Origin: Alphaproteobacteria bacterium | Lineage (GTDB): Bacteria > Pseudomonadota > Alphaproteobacteria > Bin95 | Direction of reading: 5' to 3' | DNA: 64,000 nucleotides | Assembly: GCA_963665325.3 (NCBI GenBank) | Contig: CAXXWS020000003.1 | Location: 640,001 to 704,000, forward strand | Shown: positions 1-9,994 of the stretch, piece by piece | Layout: each line of letters begins with the position of its first letter | Numbering within the stretch: position 1 is the stretch's first letter | Position numbers and translations under genes: made by a program | The notes under the pieces: generated by a model | What the model saw: the letters and a program-made list of their open reading frames with translations, nothing else | The model's database searches: none | What the model was told of the DNA's origin: nothing

Positions 1-2311
1 CATCCATTGCAATCTCTGCGTGCGCGCCTGCCGGGAAGTGCAGGTCAACGATGTTATCGGCATGGCCGGCCGCGGCGCGGGGACGAAGATCGTCTTCGAT
101 TTCGACGATCCCATGGGCGCTTCGACCTGCGTGGCCTGCGGCGAGTGCGTGCAGGCCTGCCCGACGGGCGCGCTGATGCCGAAGACGGCGCTCGGCGCGC
201 CGCCGCCCGACCGGCAGGTGGAGAGTGTGTGCCCCTATTGCGGCGTCGGCTGCCAGATCACCTATTCGATAAGCGGCGACCGGCTGGTTTCGGTCGAGGG
301 CCGCGACGGTCCGGCCAATGAGCAACGGCTCTGCGTCAAGGGACGCTTCGGGTTCGACTACATCTCTCATCCGGAGCGGCTGACCCGCCCGCTGGTCCGC
401 CGCGACGACGCACCGAAAGGCCTGAATGTCGATCCGGCCCGGCCGCTGACCCATTTCCGCGAGGCGACCTGGGCAGAGGCGCTGGACAGGGCCGCCGCCG
501 GCCTCGTGGCCGCGAAGGAGGCGCACGGCCCCCGCGCGCTCGCCGGCTTCGGCTCCGCCAAGGGGTCGAACGAAGAAGCCTATCTGTTCCAGAAACTGGT
601 CCGCACCGGCTTCGGCTCCAACAATGTGGACCACTGCACCCGCCTCTGCCACGCCTCCTCCGTGGCGGCGCTGCTGGAAGGCATCGGCTCGGGCGCGGTC
701 ACTGCGACCTTCAACGAGGCCCGGAATGCGAACGCGCTGATCGTCATCGGCGCCAACCCGACCGAGAACCACCCCGTCGCCGCCACCTATTTCAAGCAGG
801 CGGCGAAGCGCGGGGCGGCGCTGATCGTCATGGACCCGCGCGGCCAGGCGCTGAAACGCCATGCGACGCACATGCTGCAGTTCCGGCCCGGCCGCGATGT
901 GGCGATGCTGAACGCGATCATGCACACCATCGTCGCCGAGGAGCTCTACGACCGCCAGTATGTCGCCGCGCACACCGCCGATTTCGAGGCGTTGAAGGAC
1001 CATCTTGCCGCCTTCCCGCCCGAGGAGATGGCGCCGCTTTGCGGCATCGACGCCGCGATGCTCAAGGAGGTTGCGCGCGTCTATGCGCGGGCCGACCGCG
1101 CGATGATCTTCTGGGGGATGGGCGTCTCCCAGCATGTCCACGGCACCGACAATGCCCGCTGCCTGATCGCGCTTGCGCTGATGTGCGGCCATGTCGGCCG
1201 GCCGGGCACCGGCCTCCACCCGCTGCGCGGGCAGAACAATGTGCAGGGCGCGTCCGACGCCGGCCTCATCCCGATGATGTATCCCGACTACAAGCGCGTT
1301 GCCGAGCCCGAGGCCCAGGCCCGATTCGAGGCGGCCTGGGGGGTGGAGCTGGACCCGGAGCCCGGCCTCACCGTGGTCGAGATCGTGGATGCGATCCACA
1401 AGGGCGGCGTGCGCGCCATGTACATCATGGGCGAGAACCCGGCGATGTCGGACCCCGACGCGACCCATGCCCGGGAGGCGCTTGCCAAGCTCGACCATCT
1501 GGTGGTGCAGGACCTGTTCCTGACCGAGACCGCGATGTTCGCCGATGTCGTGCTGCCGGCTTCGGCCTGGCCGGAGAAGGACGGGACCGTCACCAACACC
1601 AACCGCCAGGTGCAGCGCGGGCGCAAGGCGTTCGATCCCCCGGGCGAGGCGCGGGAGGACTGGCGGATCATCCGGGACATCGCCCGGCGCATGGGCCTCG
1701 ACTGGAACTACAGCCATCCGCGCGAGGTCTATGCCGAGATGGCAGGGCTGATGCCGTCGCTCGACCATATCGACTGGGAGCGGCTGGAGGCCGAGAGCGC
1801 GGTCACCTATCCGTCCGACGGGCCGGACCATCCGGGCCATCCGGTCGTGTTCGCCGACCGCTTCCCGACCGGCGACGGCCGGGCGCGGTTCGTGCCGGCC
1901 GACATCGTGCCGCCTGCCGAGGAACCCGACGCGGAGTTCCCGATGGTGCTGACCACCGGGCGGCAGTTGGAGCACTGGCACACGGGTGCCATGACTCGGC
2001 GCGCGAGCATGCTGGACGCCATCGAGCCCGAGGCCACCGCCAGCCTTGCGCCGGCGGACCTGCGCGCTTTGGGCCTTGTCCCCGGCGACCGTGTGCGCGT
2101 CGAGACCCGGCGCGGCGCCATTGAGCTTACCGCGCGCATGGACGGCGCGGTGCCGGCCGGTCTTGTCTTTGCGCCCTTTGCCTATGTCGAGGCGGCGGCC
2201 AACGTGCTCACCAATCCGCAGCTCGACCCCTGGGGGAAGATTCCGGAATTCAAGTTCTGCGCCGCCCGGGTTGTGCCGGCCGGGGAAGGGACGGCGGCAG
2301 AACGCCCGTGA
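1..2311 (+). CDS. fdhF: Molybdopterin formate dehydrogenase alpha subunit (FdhF/FdsA-like), 5' truncated by window edge
   Basis: Frame is open from position 2 (IHCNLCVRACREVQ). Ferredoxin motif CVACGECVQACPTGAL, Fe-S motif CPYCGVGC, catalytic CTRLCHASS, RGQNNVQG and C-terminal TTGRQLEHWHTG are present. Confidence 0.93.
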   Translation, partial: IHCNLCVRACREVQVNDVIGMAGRGAGTKIVFDFDDPMGASTCVACGECVQACPTGALMPKTALGAPPPDRQVESVCPYCGVGCQITYSISGDRLVSVEGRDGPANEQRLCVKGRFGFDYISHPERLTRPLVRRDDAPKGLNVDPARPLTHFREATWAEALDRAAAGLVAAKEAHGPRALAGFGSAKGSNEEAYLFQKLVRTGFGSNNVDHCTRLCHASSVAALLEGIGSGAVTATFNEARNANALIVIGANPTENHPVAATYFKQAAKRGAALIVMDPRGQALKRHATHMLQFRPGRDVAMLNAIMHTIVAEELYDRQYVAAHTADFEALKDHLAAFPPEEMAPLCGIDAAMLKEVARVYARADRAMIFWGMGVSQHVHGTDNARCLIALALMCGHVGRPGTGLHPLRGQNNVQGASDAGLIPMMYPDYKRVAEPEAQARFEAAWGVELDPEPGLTVVEIVDAIHKGGVRAMYIMGENPAMSDPDATHAREALAKLDHLVVQDLFLTETAMFADVVLPASAWPEKDGTVTNTNRQVQRGRKAFDPPGEAREDWRIIRDIARRMGLDWNYSHPREVYAEMAGLMPSLDHIDWERLEAESAVTYPSDGPDHPGHPVVFADRFPTGDGRARFVPADIVPPAEEPDAEFPMVLTTGRQLEHWHTGAMTRRASMLDAIEPEATASLAPADLRALGLVPGDRVRVETRRGAIELTARMDGAVPAGLVFAPFAYVEAAANVLTNPQLDPWGKIPEFKFCAARVVPAGEGTAAERP

Positions 2312-3432
2312 TCCGGGGCGGCCCCGCTCTTGCCGGCTGCCTGTTGCTGGCTGCAACGTCGTTTCCGGGCTTGGCGGCGGGCGCGCGTATCGTATCCGTC
2401 AACCTGCCGCTGCCCGCAGCCCATCCGGTCGCGGCTTCGGGATGGCGCGCTTTCGTCGAGGCGGCGGAGCAGGACGGGCAGTTCGAATTCCAGCTGTTTG
2501 TGGACGGCTCGCTGCTCGGCCGGGGCCGCGCGATGGCCGGTCTCGCGCATGGCGATGCGAAAATGGGCTACGCAACCTTCGCGGCTCACCCGGCAGGTCT
2601 CCGGCACCGGGTGACGCTCGGCCGCCTGGCGCTGGCCGGTCCCGACCCGGTTGCCGGCGCAGCCGCTATGACCGAGTTCGTCATGCTGCATTGCCCGTCA
2701 TGCCTGGAAGCCCTGGCGAAGCGCGGTGTCGTCTTCCTCGGCAGCCATGCGGCGGGACCCTTCCACCTGCTCTCGCCCGCGCCGCTGGCCCGCGCAGATA
2801 CCCTGGAGGGCGTGCGCATCGCCAGCCCCGGCCCCCCCTGGAATGCCCTGCTGCGCCGTCTTCACGGCCAGCCGGAGGCCGTCACCGGGAGCCTGGCGGC
2901 CGCGCTTGCGGACGGGCGGATCGATGCCGTTCTCGGCCCCGTCGCGCTGCTCGCCGACGCGCCGCTTGCGCGCCAGGTCCGCGCTGTTACGGCCATGCAT
3001 CTCGGCGTTTACCGGGTGTCGAGTCCGTTTTCCGCAAATCTAGGCTTCTGGCGGACATTGGCCCCAGAGGAACGGGCCGCTCTGCTGGACGCCGCACCGC
3101 TCGGCCTCGCCGCCGCTGCGCTTGCCTACCGGGCCGCGGACGAAAAGGCCCGCAAGGCGATGGCACAGGCCGGCACTGCCTTCAGCCGCGCGCATCCGGC
3201 GCTGGTGAAAGGGGCGATCGGGTTCGACGCCGGGGACGGGACGGTGGAACTGCGCTCCGAAGGCGATGGAGCGAACGCCCTGGCGGCCCGCTTCCGCCGG
3301 CTGCATGACAAATATGCGAGCCTGTTCGCCGAGGATAAACTGTCGATCAGGTCGGTCGCCGACGTCCTGCAGCGGGAAATATTCGACCGGCTCGACATCG
3401 AATTATACGGCCTGGGACTGGTCCGGCCGTGA
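2308..3432 (+). CDS. TRAP transporter substrate-binding protein (DctP-like)
   Basis: Signal peptide, AHPV..GWRAF, FVDGSLLG, LEGVRI and ALADGRIDAV resemble DctP family motifs. Overlaps fdh stop (GTGA). Confidence 0.7.
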   Translation: MIRGGPALAGCLLLAATSFPGLAAGARIVSVNLPLPAAHPVAASGWRAFVEAAEQDGQFEFQLFVDGSLLGRGRAMAGLAHGDAKMGYATFAAHPAGLRHRVTLGRLALAGPDPVAGAAAMTEFVMLHCPSCLEALAKRGVVFLGSHAAGPFHLLSPAPLARADTLEGVRIASPGPPWNALLRRLHGQPEAVTGSLAAALADGRIDAVLGPVALLADAPLARQVRAVTAMHLGVYRVSSPFSANLGFWRTLAPEERAALLDAAPLGLAAAALAYRAADEKARKAMAQAGTAFSRAHPALVKGAIGFDAGDGTVELRSEGDGANALAARFRRLHDKYASLFAEDKLSIRSVADVLQREIFDRLDIELYGLGLVRP

Positions 3433-4004
3433 GGCTCGGAATCGTTTCGGACCTGCATTGCAATATTGCGGGACTCGAAGAGGCCGCCCGGCTCATGGGA
3501 CCGGTGGACGACCTGTTGTGCCTCGGGGATTCCATCTACGAATACCGGTTCTCCAACGAGGTCGCCGCCTTCCTGCGAGACCGGGGCGTAAAGACGATCC
3601 TCGGCAACCACGAAGAGGTGTTCTTCGGCCTCGGCGGCGAGCGCGCGCGGCAGGCGGACTGGATCGACCCGGAGCTGATGGCGTGGCTCGGCAGCCAGCC
3701 GCGCACAAGGCGGCTCGACTATGGCGGAAAGACCCTGCTGATGGTCCATTCGACCGCCTGGGAGCCTTACGGCGCCTATGTCTATCCGCACAGCCGCGAG
3801 TTCCGCCGTTTCGGCGAGGCTGAGGCGCACTTCGTGCTCTACGGCCACACACACATGCAGGTGGCCGAGCGTGTCGGCGAGGTTCTGGTCGTCAATCCGG
3901 GCTCGGCCGGCGATGCGCGCGATCACGCCAACGGCCGCCGGCTGAGCTTCGCCGTGCTCGACACCGAAACGGAAGCGGTGGAGTTTACGGACTTCACCGT
4001 GTGA
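3429..4004 (+). CDS. Metallophosphoesterase (calcineurin-like, YfcE/MJ0936 type)
   Basis: SDLH, LGD, GNHE, GHTH and NPGS motifs. Confidence 0.9.
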   Translation: MRLGIVSDLHCNIAGLEEAARLMGPVDDLLCLGDSIYEYRFSNEVAAFLRDRGVKTILGNHEEVFFGLGGERARQADWIDPELMAWLGSQPRTRRLDYGGKTLLMVHSTAWEPYGAYVYPHSREFRRFGEAEAHFVLYGHTHMQVAERVGEVLVVNPGSAGDARDHANGRRLSFAVLDTETEAVEFTDFTV

Positions 4005-4143
4005 CGCCCCCTGCCTTGTATGCCGTCCCCGGCCGCCGTCCCGGCGGTTGTGGGTTCGCCCCGAAACGCGGTCTAATCGGGCAGGTTTGCGCTCCAGCGG
4101 GAGGATCCCGGCGAATGCGCCCGACAGCCCGGACCGGACACCG

Positions 4144-5580
4144 ATGACATCGACGATCTCGCTGCCGGTGTGGCTGTTCGTCATCATCGTGGCGCTCGCG
4201 GTGTTCGCGGCGGTGGACGAGGTCTTCCTTCCGGGCCTGCGCTGGTATCTGCGCCGGCGCGTCAACCGGGCCATCGCCGAGGTGAACGCCCGGTTCGGCC
4301 TGGAACTGCCGACCTTCCAGCTGACCACCCGCCGGGTGCTGATCGACCGCCTCGTCTTCGACCCCGAGGTCATGCGGACCGTCGGAGAGGTCGCCGCGGG
4401 GCGCGGCGTGGAGCGCGAAAGTCTGATGGCGGACGTCTCCTCGATCGCCCGCGAGATGGTGCCGGCCTTCAACGCCTATTTCTATTTCAAGCTGGGCTAC
4501 TGGATCGCCCGCCGGCTGCTGCGCGGCTTCTACCGCGTCCGGCTGGGTTTCGCCCATGAGCGCGCGGCGGCGAAGGCGCCGCCGGACACGGCCGTCGTCT
4601 TCTTCATCAACCATCGCAGCAATGTCGATTACCTGCTGGTGACCTATCTCGCCGCCCGCTCGGTCGCGCTGTCCTACGGCGCCGGCGAGTGGGCGCGGAT
4701 CTGGCCGCTCCGCAGCCTGCTGCGCCTTGCCGGCGTCTATATCCTGCGCCGCGACTCCGGCGACCCGCTCTATCGCAAGGTGCTGGAGCGCTATGTGCAG
4801 ATGGCGACGGAGGCGTGCGTCCCCCATGCGATCTTCGCCGAGGGGAAGCTGTCCCGCGACGGCATGATCCGCCAGCCCAGGCTCGGCATGCTGGGCTACA
4901 TCACCAAGACCTTCGATCCCGCGGGCGCCTACGATATCGAGTTCATTCCCGTGGCGACCAATTTCGATCGCGTGATGGAGGAGCGCACCCTGGTCGCCAA
5001 TCCCGATGCCGACTTCAAGGGACGCGGGGGCCGGTTCGTGTTCGGCTCCACCCTCGCCTTCTTCGCCCGGATGGTGTGGCGGAAGATTCAGGGACGGTGG
5101 CCCGGCTTCGGGATGGCCTGTGCTAATTTCGGCGAGCCGGTCTCGCTGAGGGAATGGTCGCGGGAAAGGGGCGTGGACTTCTCCAGGCTGGACCGGGACG
5201 CCCTGTTCGCAGCCGTCGAGGAGCTGGGCGACGAGCTTACGCAACGGATCGTCGATGTCGTGCCGGTGCTGGCCGTGCCGGTCGTCTCTACCGTTTTGCT
5301 GGAGGCCGACGGGCCGCTCGACGGCGAAGCGATAAAACGCCGCGCGCTGCAGTGGCTGGATGACGCGCGCGCGCTCGGTGCCCATATCGGCATGAAGGAA
5401 GGCGGCGAGGCCGCGAACATCGAAACGGCGGTGCAGTCCTTGCGCAAGCGTCGGCTGATTACAGAAAAGGACGGCGGGTTCGCCCCGGAAGAGCGCCAGC
5501 GCCCGCTGCTGGACTATTACGCAGCGTCGATCCGGCAATTGCGCACCCATCTCGAGCGGAAGCGGGCCGACGCTGAATAG
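4144..5580 (+). CDS. Glycerol-3-phosphate/phospholipid acyltransferase (PlsB-like)
   Basis: NHRSNVD (HX4D) motif and FAEGKLSRDG motif, with an N-terminal TM helix. ATG 4144 chosen within ORF 4048-5580. Confidence 0.82.
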   Translation: MTSTISLPVWLFVIIVALAVFAAVDEVFLPGLRWYLRRRVNRAIAEVNARFGLELPTFQLTTRRVLIDRLVFDPEVMRTVGEVAAGRGVERESLMADVSSIAREMVPAFNAYFYFKLGYWIARRLLRGFYRVRLGFAHERAAAKAPPDTAVVFFINHRSNVDYLLVTYLAARSVALSYGAGEWARIWPLRSLLRLAGVYILRRDSGDPLYRKVLERYVQMATEACVPHAIFAEGKLSRDGMIRQPRLGMLGYITKTFDPAGAYDIEFIPVATNFDRVMEERTLVANPDADFKGRGGRFVFGSTLAFFARMVWRKIQGRWPGFGMACANFGEPVSLREWSRERGVDFSRLDRDALFAAVEELGDELTQRIVDVVPVLAVPVVSTVLLEADGPLDGEAIKRRALQWLDDARALGAHIGMKEGGEAANIETAVQSLRKRRLITEKDGGFAPEERQRPLLDYYAASIRQLRTHLERKRADAE

Positions 5581-5602
5581 TCCCGCAAATCGCGGCCTTC
5601 CG

Positions 5603-6970
5603 GTGCCGGAACTCATGATTGCATGCCTCCGTTCGCCGCTTGGCGGCCTGTTCGCGCGGCCCTGGTTCGACCGCGCGGCGCTGGCGTTCCTGTCCGGCTG
5701 GTTCTTCCCGCTGTCCCGGCTCTGGGCGGCGGCGCGGGCCGCGGAAGGTTCCGTCGAGCGCTATCGCGCCGAGGTCGGCATATCGCCGTCCCCCCGCATG
5801 GAGCGCGCGCTGGAATCGCGGCTCGCCCGCTTCGAGCAGGTCCGCGCGCAGGCCCTGCAAAGCGAGCGCGCTTGGGAGGACGCCTTTTTTCGCCCCGCTG
5901 CCCCGTCCCCGGCCGCGCTCGGGGAGGCGGAGCGGGCGCGGCTGCTCGACCGCCATGCCTACAATGTGCTGCGCCGCAGCTTCGCGCCCTTCGCGGCCTG
6001 GGGCCGGGCCGCCCCGTTCCGCTGGCGCATCCCGGAGCCCGCAGAGGTGGAGGCGCTCTATGGCGGCCTCCTCGCCGAGCCCGCACGTGCCTTTGCCGTT
6101 CCCGATCCCATGCCGTCCGTCCGGATCTCGCACGCCTTCCCGGCCGCGCCCGGCAGGCGGGACTACTGGATACGCTTCCCCTCCCCGTCGAGCCGCATGG
6201 GCGACGAGGTCATCGCGCGGGTGTACGAACCCGCCGGCGCCGCCGACCCGCCGACCCTGATCTTCGGCCACGGCATCGGCGTCGAGTTCGACCATTGGCG
6301 CGGCGTGGCGGACGAGACCGAGGGGCTTGTCGCGATGGGCGTGCGGGTGGTGCGCCCGGAAGCGCCCTGGCACGGCCGGCGGGTCCTTCCCGGGCGCTAC
6401 GGAGGCGAGCAGTTCGTGGCGACGGCGCCCTGCGGCGCCTTCGACCACTTCACCGCCGCCGTGCGCGAATGGGCGGTGCTGATCGACTGGTGCCGGCGGG
6501 TGGGCCGGGGGCCGGTCGCCATCGGCGGCAGCAGCCTCGGCGCGATGACGGCGCAGATCGTCTCCGACCGGGCGCGCGGCTGGCCGGAGCGGCTCAGGCC
6601 CGATGCGATGTTCCTGGTCACCCATTGCGGGCGCATCGAGGAGGCGATGCAGGGCTCGCTCGCCCGGGCCTGGGGCATCGCCGGCGCCACCATGGCGCAT
6701 GGCTGGACGCCGGAGCTCGCCGGGCGCTTCATGTCGCTGCTGGACCCGGTGGACGAGACCTCTGTCGCGCCGGAGAACATCGTCAGCGTCCTCGGCGCCT
6801 ATGACCGGGTTACGCCCTATGGCGGCGCGCGGGCGCTGATCGACCGCTGGGGCGTGCCGGCGGAGAACCGCTTCATCTGGCGCCGGGGCCATTTCAGCGT
6901 GCCGCTCACCATGCTGCGCAACCGCGCCCCGCTCACCCGCTTCCGCGAGGTCATGGCCGGGCTCGCCTGA
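5603..6970 (+). CDS. Alpha/beta hydrolase family protein
   Basis: GSSLG nucleophile elbow, YDRV acid and GHFS histidine near the C-terminus. Start may be ATG 5615. Confidence 0.7.
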   Translation: MPELMIACLRSPLGGLFARPWFDRAALAFLSGWFFPLSRLWAAARAAEGSVERYRAEVGISPSPRMERALESRLARFEQVRAQALQSERAWEDAFFRPAAPSPAALGEAERARLLDRHAYNVLRRSFAPFAAWGRAAPFRWRIPEPAEVEALYGGLLAEPARAFAVPDPMPSVRISHAFPAAPGRRDYWIRFPSPSSRMGDEVIARVYEPAGAADPPTLIFGHGIGVEFDHWRGVADETEGLVAMGVRVVRPEAPWHGRRVLPGRYGGEQFVATAPCGAFDHFTAAVREWAVLIDWCRRVGRGPVAIGGSSLGAMTAQIVSDRARGWPERLRPDAMFLVTHCGRIEEAMQGSLARAWGIAGATMAHGWTPELAGRFMSLLDPVDETSVAPENIVSVLGAYDRVTPYGGARALIDRWGVPAENRFIWRRGHFSVPLTMLRNRAPLTRFREVMAGLA

Positions 6971-7049
6971 GCGGACGCGGTTTGCAGGCCGGCGGGGCAG
7001 GCGCTAAACAACGGGCGAACGGGAACGCCATTGGCAGGAGAGGGAAACG

Positions 7050-7721
7050 ATGGGCGAGTGGATCGAGATCGCGGCGGGAGACGGCTTCGCGATGGGCTGC
7101 TACACGGCCGCGCCGGCGGGTGCGCCGAAGGGCGGCATCCTGGTCATCCAGGAGATTTTCGGCGTCAACGCGCATATCCGCGAGGTGGCGGACGGCTATG
7201 CGGCCGACGGCTATGTCGCCTGGGCGCCGTCGCTCTACGACCGGGCCGAGCGGCGCTTCGAGTGCGGCTACACGCCGGAGGACATCGCCAAGGCACGCGA
7301 CATCATGGTCGCCTCGCCGTTCGAGGCGGCGGTCCAGGACATGGCCGCGGCGATCGGGGTGCTCCGGGCTGCGGGCGCAGGCAAGATCGGCTCCGTCGGC
7401 TATTGCTGGGGCGGGTCCGCCTCCTTCCTGGTCGCCACCCGCATCGGGGTCGACGCCAGCGTCTGCTACTATGGCGGGCAGATTGCGCCCCGCAAGGACG
7501 AGCAGGCGAAGAACCCGCTGCTGATGCATTTCGGCGAGCAGGACCACGGCATCCCGATGGAAGATGTGGAGGCGATCCGCGCCGCCCAGCCTGAGGCCGA
7601 GGTGCATATCTACCCCGCCGGCCACGGCTTCAACTGCAGCCATCGCGGCGACTTCCACCCGGAGTCCGCGAAGCTCGCCCGCGACCGCAGCCTCGCCTTC
7701 TTCGCCAGCCACATGGGCTGA
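7050..7721 (+). CDS. Dienelactone hydrolase family protein
   Basis: QEIFGVN, GYCWGG and AGHGF motifs; AGGGA SD upstream. Confidence 0.92.
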   Translation: MGEWIEIAAGDGFAMGCYTAAPAGAPKGGILVIQEIFGVNAHIREVADGYAADGYVAWAPSLYDRAERRFECGYTPEDIAKARDIMVASPFEAAVQDMAAAIGVLRAAGAGKIGSVGYCWGGSASFLVATRIGVDASVCYYGGQIAPRKDEQAKNPLLMHFGEQDHGIPMEDVEAIRAAQPEAEVHIYPAGHGFNCSHRGDFHPESAKLARDRSLAFFASHMG

Positions 7722-7750
7722 GCGGGGACCTTCCCCCGGCCCCATGAAAC

Positions 7751-7789
7751 CCCCCTCTCCCCGCTTCCGGGGAGAGGCTGGGAGAGGGG
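7751..7789. repeat. REP-like palindromic element
   Basis: Perfect 10-bp stem CCTCTCCCCG-CTTC-CGGGGAGAGG (7754-7777) followed by CTGGGAGAGGGG, intergenic. Confidence 0.55.
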
Positions 7790-7824
7790 CGCTGCGGCCC
7801 CGCCGGGTCGGAAGAGGAACCCCG

Positions 7825-9099
7825 ATGCCGCATATCGCCATGGTGATTCCCTCGCTTGCGGGCGGCGGGGCGGAACGGACGGCGCTCCGGACAGTGGCCG
7901 GGCTGGCGGCGCGGGGGCACAAGGTCGATATCGTGCTGTTCTCCCCGCATGTCGCCTATCCGCGCGAGGTGCCGGCGGCGGCGCGGCTCATCGTGCTGTG
8001 CGGGCGGCGGGCATGGGCGCAGCGCGACCCCTCCGCCATGCCGGCAAACACGCAATGGCGCCCGGAGCGCGCGCCGCTCCTGCAAGGGGCAGGGCTCGCG
8101 GCCGGCCTCGTGCGCGACTTCCCGGCCGCCGCGCATATGCTGCTGCGCCGCGCCGCGCTCGCCCGCGCGCGCCGCCTCGCCCAATATGCGGCGCAGGAGA
8201 GGCCGGACATAGTGTTCGCCAACCTCCCCCAGGCGGAGCATGCGGCCTTCTACGCCGCCCGCCTCGCCGGCCCGCGCGCCTTCCCGCCGGTGGTGCCGGT
8301 CGTCCGCAACGTGGAAGCCCCCGGCACGCGGCACTCGCGGCGGCGCCGGCTGCTGTTCCCCTCGGCGGCGCATGTCGTGGCGGTCTCGCAGGGCGTCGCG
8401 GAAAGTGTCGCAGAGGCCGTCGGTGTGCCGGAGGAACGGCTTTCGGTCATCTACAACCCGGCCGTGACGCCGACGGCGCTCCGGCGCGCGGAGGAGGCGC
8501 CGGACCATCCCTGGTTCGGGGACGGCGGCCCGCCCGTGGTGCTGGGCGCCGGGAGGCTGGCGCGGCAGAAGGACTTCCCGACACTGATCGAAGCCTTCCG
8601 GCTCGTGCTGGCGGAGCGGCCCTGTCGGCTGCTGGTCCTCGGCGAGGGTCCGATGCGCCCCGATCTGGAAGGCCGGGTGCGTGCGCTCGGCCTGGAGGGG
8701 CAGGTGTCGCTGCCGGGCTGGGTGGAGAACCCCTATGCCTTCATGGCCCGCGCGGCGCTGTTCGCGCTCTCGTCGCGCCATGAGGGCTTTCCCGGTGCGC
8801 TGGTCGAGGCGCTGGCCTGCGGCTGCCCGGCGGTCTCGACCGACTGCCCGGCCGGCCCTGCGGAAATCCTGGAGGACCCGACCCTGCTCGCCCCGGTCGG
8901 CGACGCCGATGCGCTGGCCGGGGTCATGCTGCGCGCCCTCGCTCGCCCGGCGGACAAGCCTGCGCTCCGGGCGAGGGCGGCGCGGTTCTCAATGGAGCGC
9001 GCAGCGGCGGGGTATGAAAGGGTTGTCGGGCGGGCGTTGCAATATCGGGACGGCGTTCGCAGTCAGCCGGGTAGGTCTCCGGGGCCGCGCGATCCGTAA
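7825..9099 (+). CDS. Glycosyltransferase family 4 (GT-B)
   Basis: LAGGGAER, GRLARQKDF and SRHEGFPGALVEALACG (EX7E) motifs. ATG 7825 is in frame with ORF 7564-9099. Confidence 0.9.
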   Translation: MPHIAMVIPSLAGGGAERTALRTVAGLAARGHKVDIVLFSPHVAYPREVPAAARLIVLCGRRAWAQRDPSAMPANTQWRPERAPLLQGAGLAAGLVRDFPAAAHMLLRRAALARARRLAQYAAQERPDIVFANLPQAEHAAFYAARLAGPRAFPPVVPVVRNVEAPGTRHSRRRRLLFPSAAHVVAVSQGVAESVAEAVGVPEERLSVIYNPAVTPTALRRAEEAPDHPWFGDGGPPVVLGAGRLARQKDFPTLIEAFRLVLAERPCRLLVLGEGPMRPDLEGRVRALGLEGQVSLPGWVENPYAFMARAALFALSSRHEGFPGALVEALACGCPAVSTDCPAGPAEILEDPTLLAPVGDADALAGVMLRALARPADKPALRARAARFSMERAAAGYERVVGRALQYRDGVRSQPGRSPGPRDP

Positions 9100-9878
9100 G
9101 TCACGATCCGACCGCGCTGGCGGGTGCGCACGGTGAAGCCGGCATCGCGAAGCAGCGCCTCGCAGGCATCGCTGGTCCGGCTGCCCTTGCGTTCGGGGCC
9201 GGTGTCGATGGCGATGCGCGCCGTCCGCCGGAGCAATTCCCGCCCGCCCTCAAGCGCTTCCGGCTCCGCGCCTTCGGCATCGCATTTGAGGAAAGCCAGT
9301 TCGTCGATCCCGTGTTCCTCGGCGATCCGGTCCAGCGTGGTAGCCCGGCGACGCACCGTGCCCGTGGCCATTTCCGGATTGTCCGCACCGAAAATCGAGC
9401 TGTCCGCCAACGACGCCGAGAGATTGAAAGTCAGCTCTTCCTCCGCGTTCCAGACCAGCGCGTCGATGACCGTCGCCGACTCCTTCCCGGACATATTCCG
9501 TCTGAGGCAGGCCAGCGCGTCCGGGTCGGGTTCGACCGCATAGACGGCCCGCCCCTCGTTCAGGGCCAGCAGCGAGAGCTCCCCGGCATGGGCACCGACA
9601 TCAAGAAGCGGTCCGGGCGGCGGCGCCAGCGCGGTGAACAAATACTTCTTGTCGAGGTTACCCAGGCGGGCGGCCAATCCCCTCTTGTAACGCCGCCAGC
9701 TTGCCGGCGAAACGCGGAACACCGAGCCGTCCGGCGCCGTAATCCGGCAGTAGCCGTCTACTTCCCGCAATTGCAGCGGGACTCGCCGTTGATAGCCTAC
9801 TGAGGCATAGAACCGGTGGCGTGCGAATTTGAACCGCTCGGCCGGCGACAGCCCTCTGGCGTCCTTGCGAACCGTCAT
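9063..9878 (-). CDS. FkbM family methyltransferase
   Basis: LDVGAHAG, AVEPDP, TTLD and LKCDAEGAE motifs. Start inferred at ATG 9878. Confidence 0.85.
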   Translation of the reverse strand: MTVRKDARGLSPAERFKFARHRFYASVGYQRRVPLQLREVDGYCRITAPDGSVFRVSPASWRRYKRGLAARLGNLDKKYLFTALAPPPGPLLDVGAHAGELSLLALNEGRAVYAVEPDPDALACLRRNMSGKESATVIDALVWNAEEELTFNLSASLADSSIFGADNPEMATGTVRRRATTLDRIAEEHGIDELAFLKCDAEGAEPEALEGGRELLRRTARIAIDTGPERKGSRTSDACEALLRDAGFTVRTRQRGRIVTYGSRGPGDLPG

Positions 9879-9994
9879 GTATTCCCGCTTGCCCTGCACC
9901 TGCCCGCCTGGAGCAACGCCTTGGCTCTTATCACGACGCCGGCCCGGTGTCTTGCTGCCGGTAAAGCTGAGCGGCGCTCGGGGCCGGAAGAGCG

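Noticed and set aside
630-660. Selenocysteine in formate dehydrogenase
   Set aside because: The active-site codon is TGC (Cys, RLCHASS), and there is no in-frame TGA.
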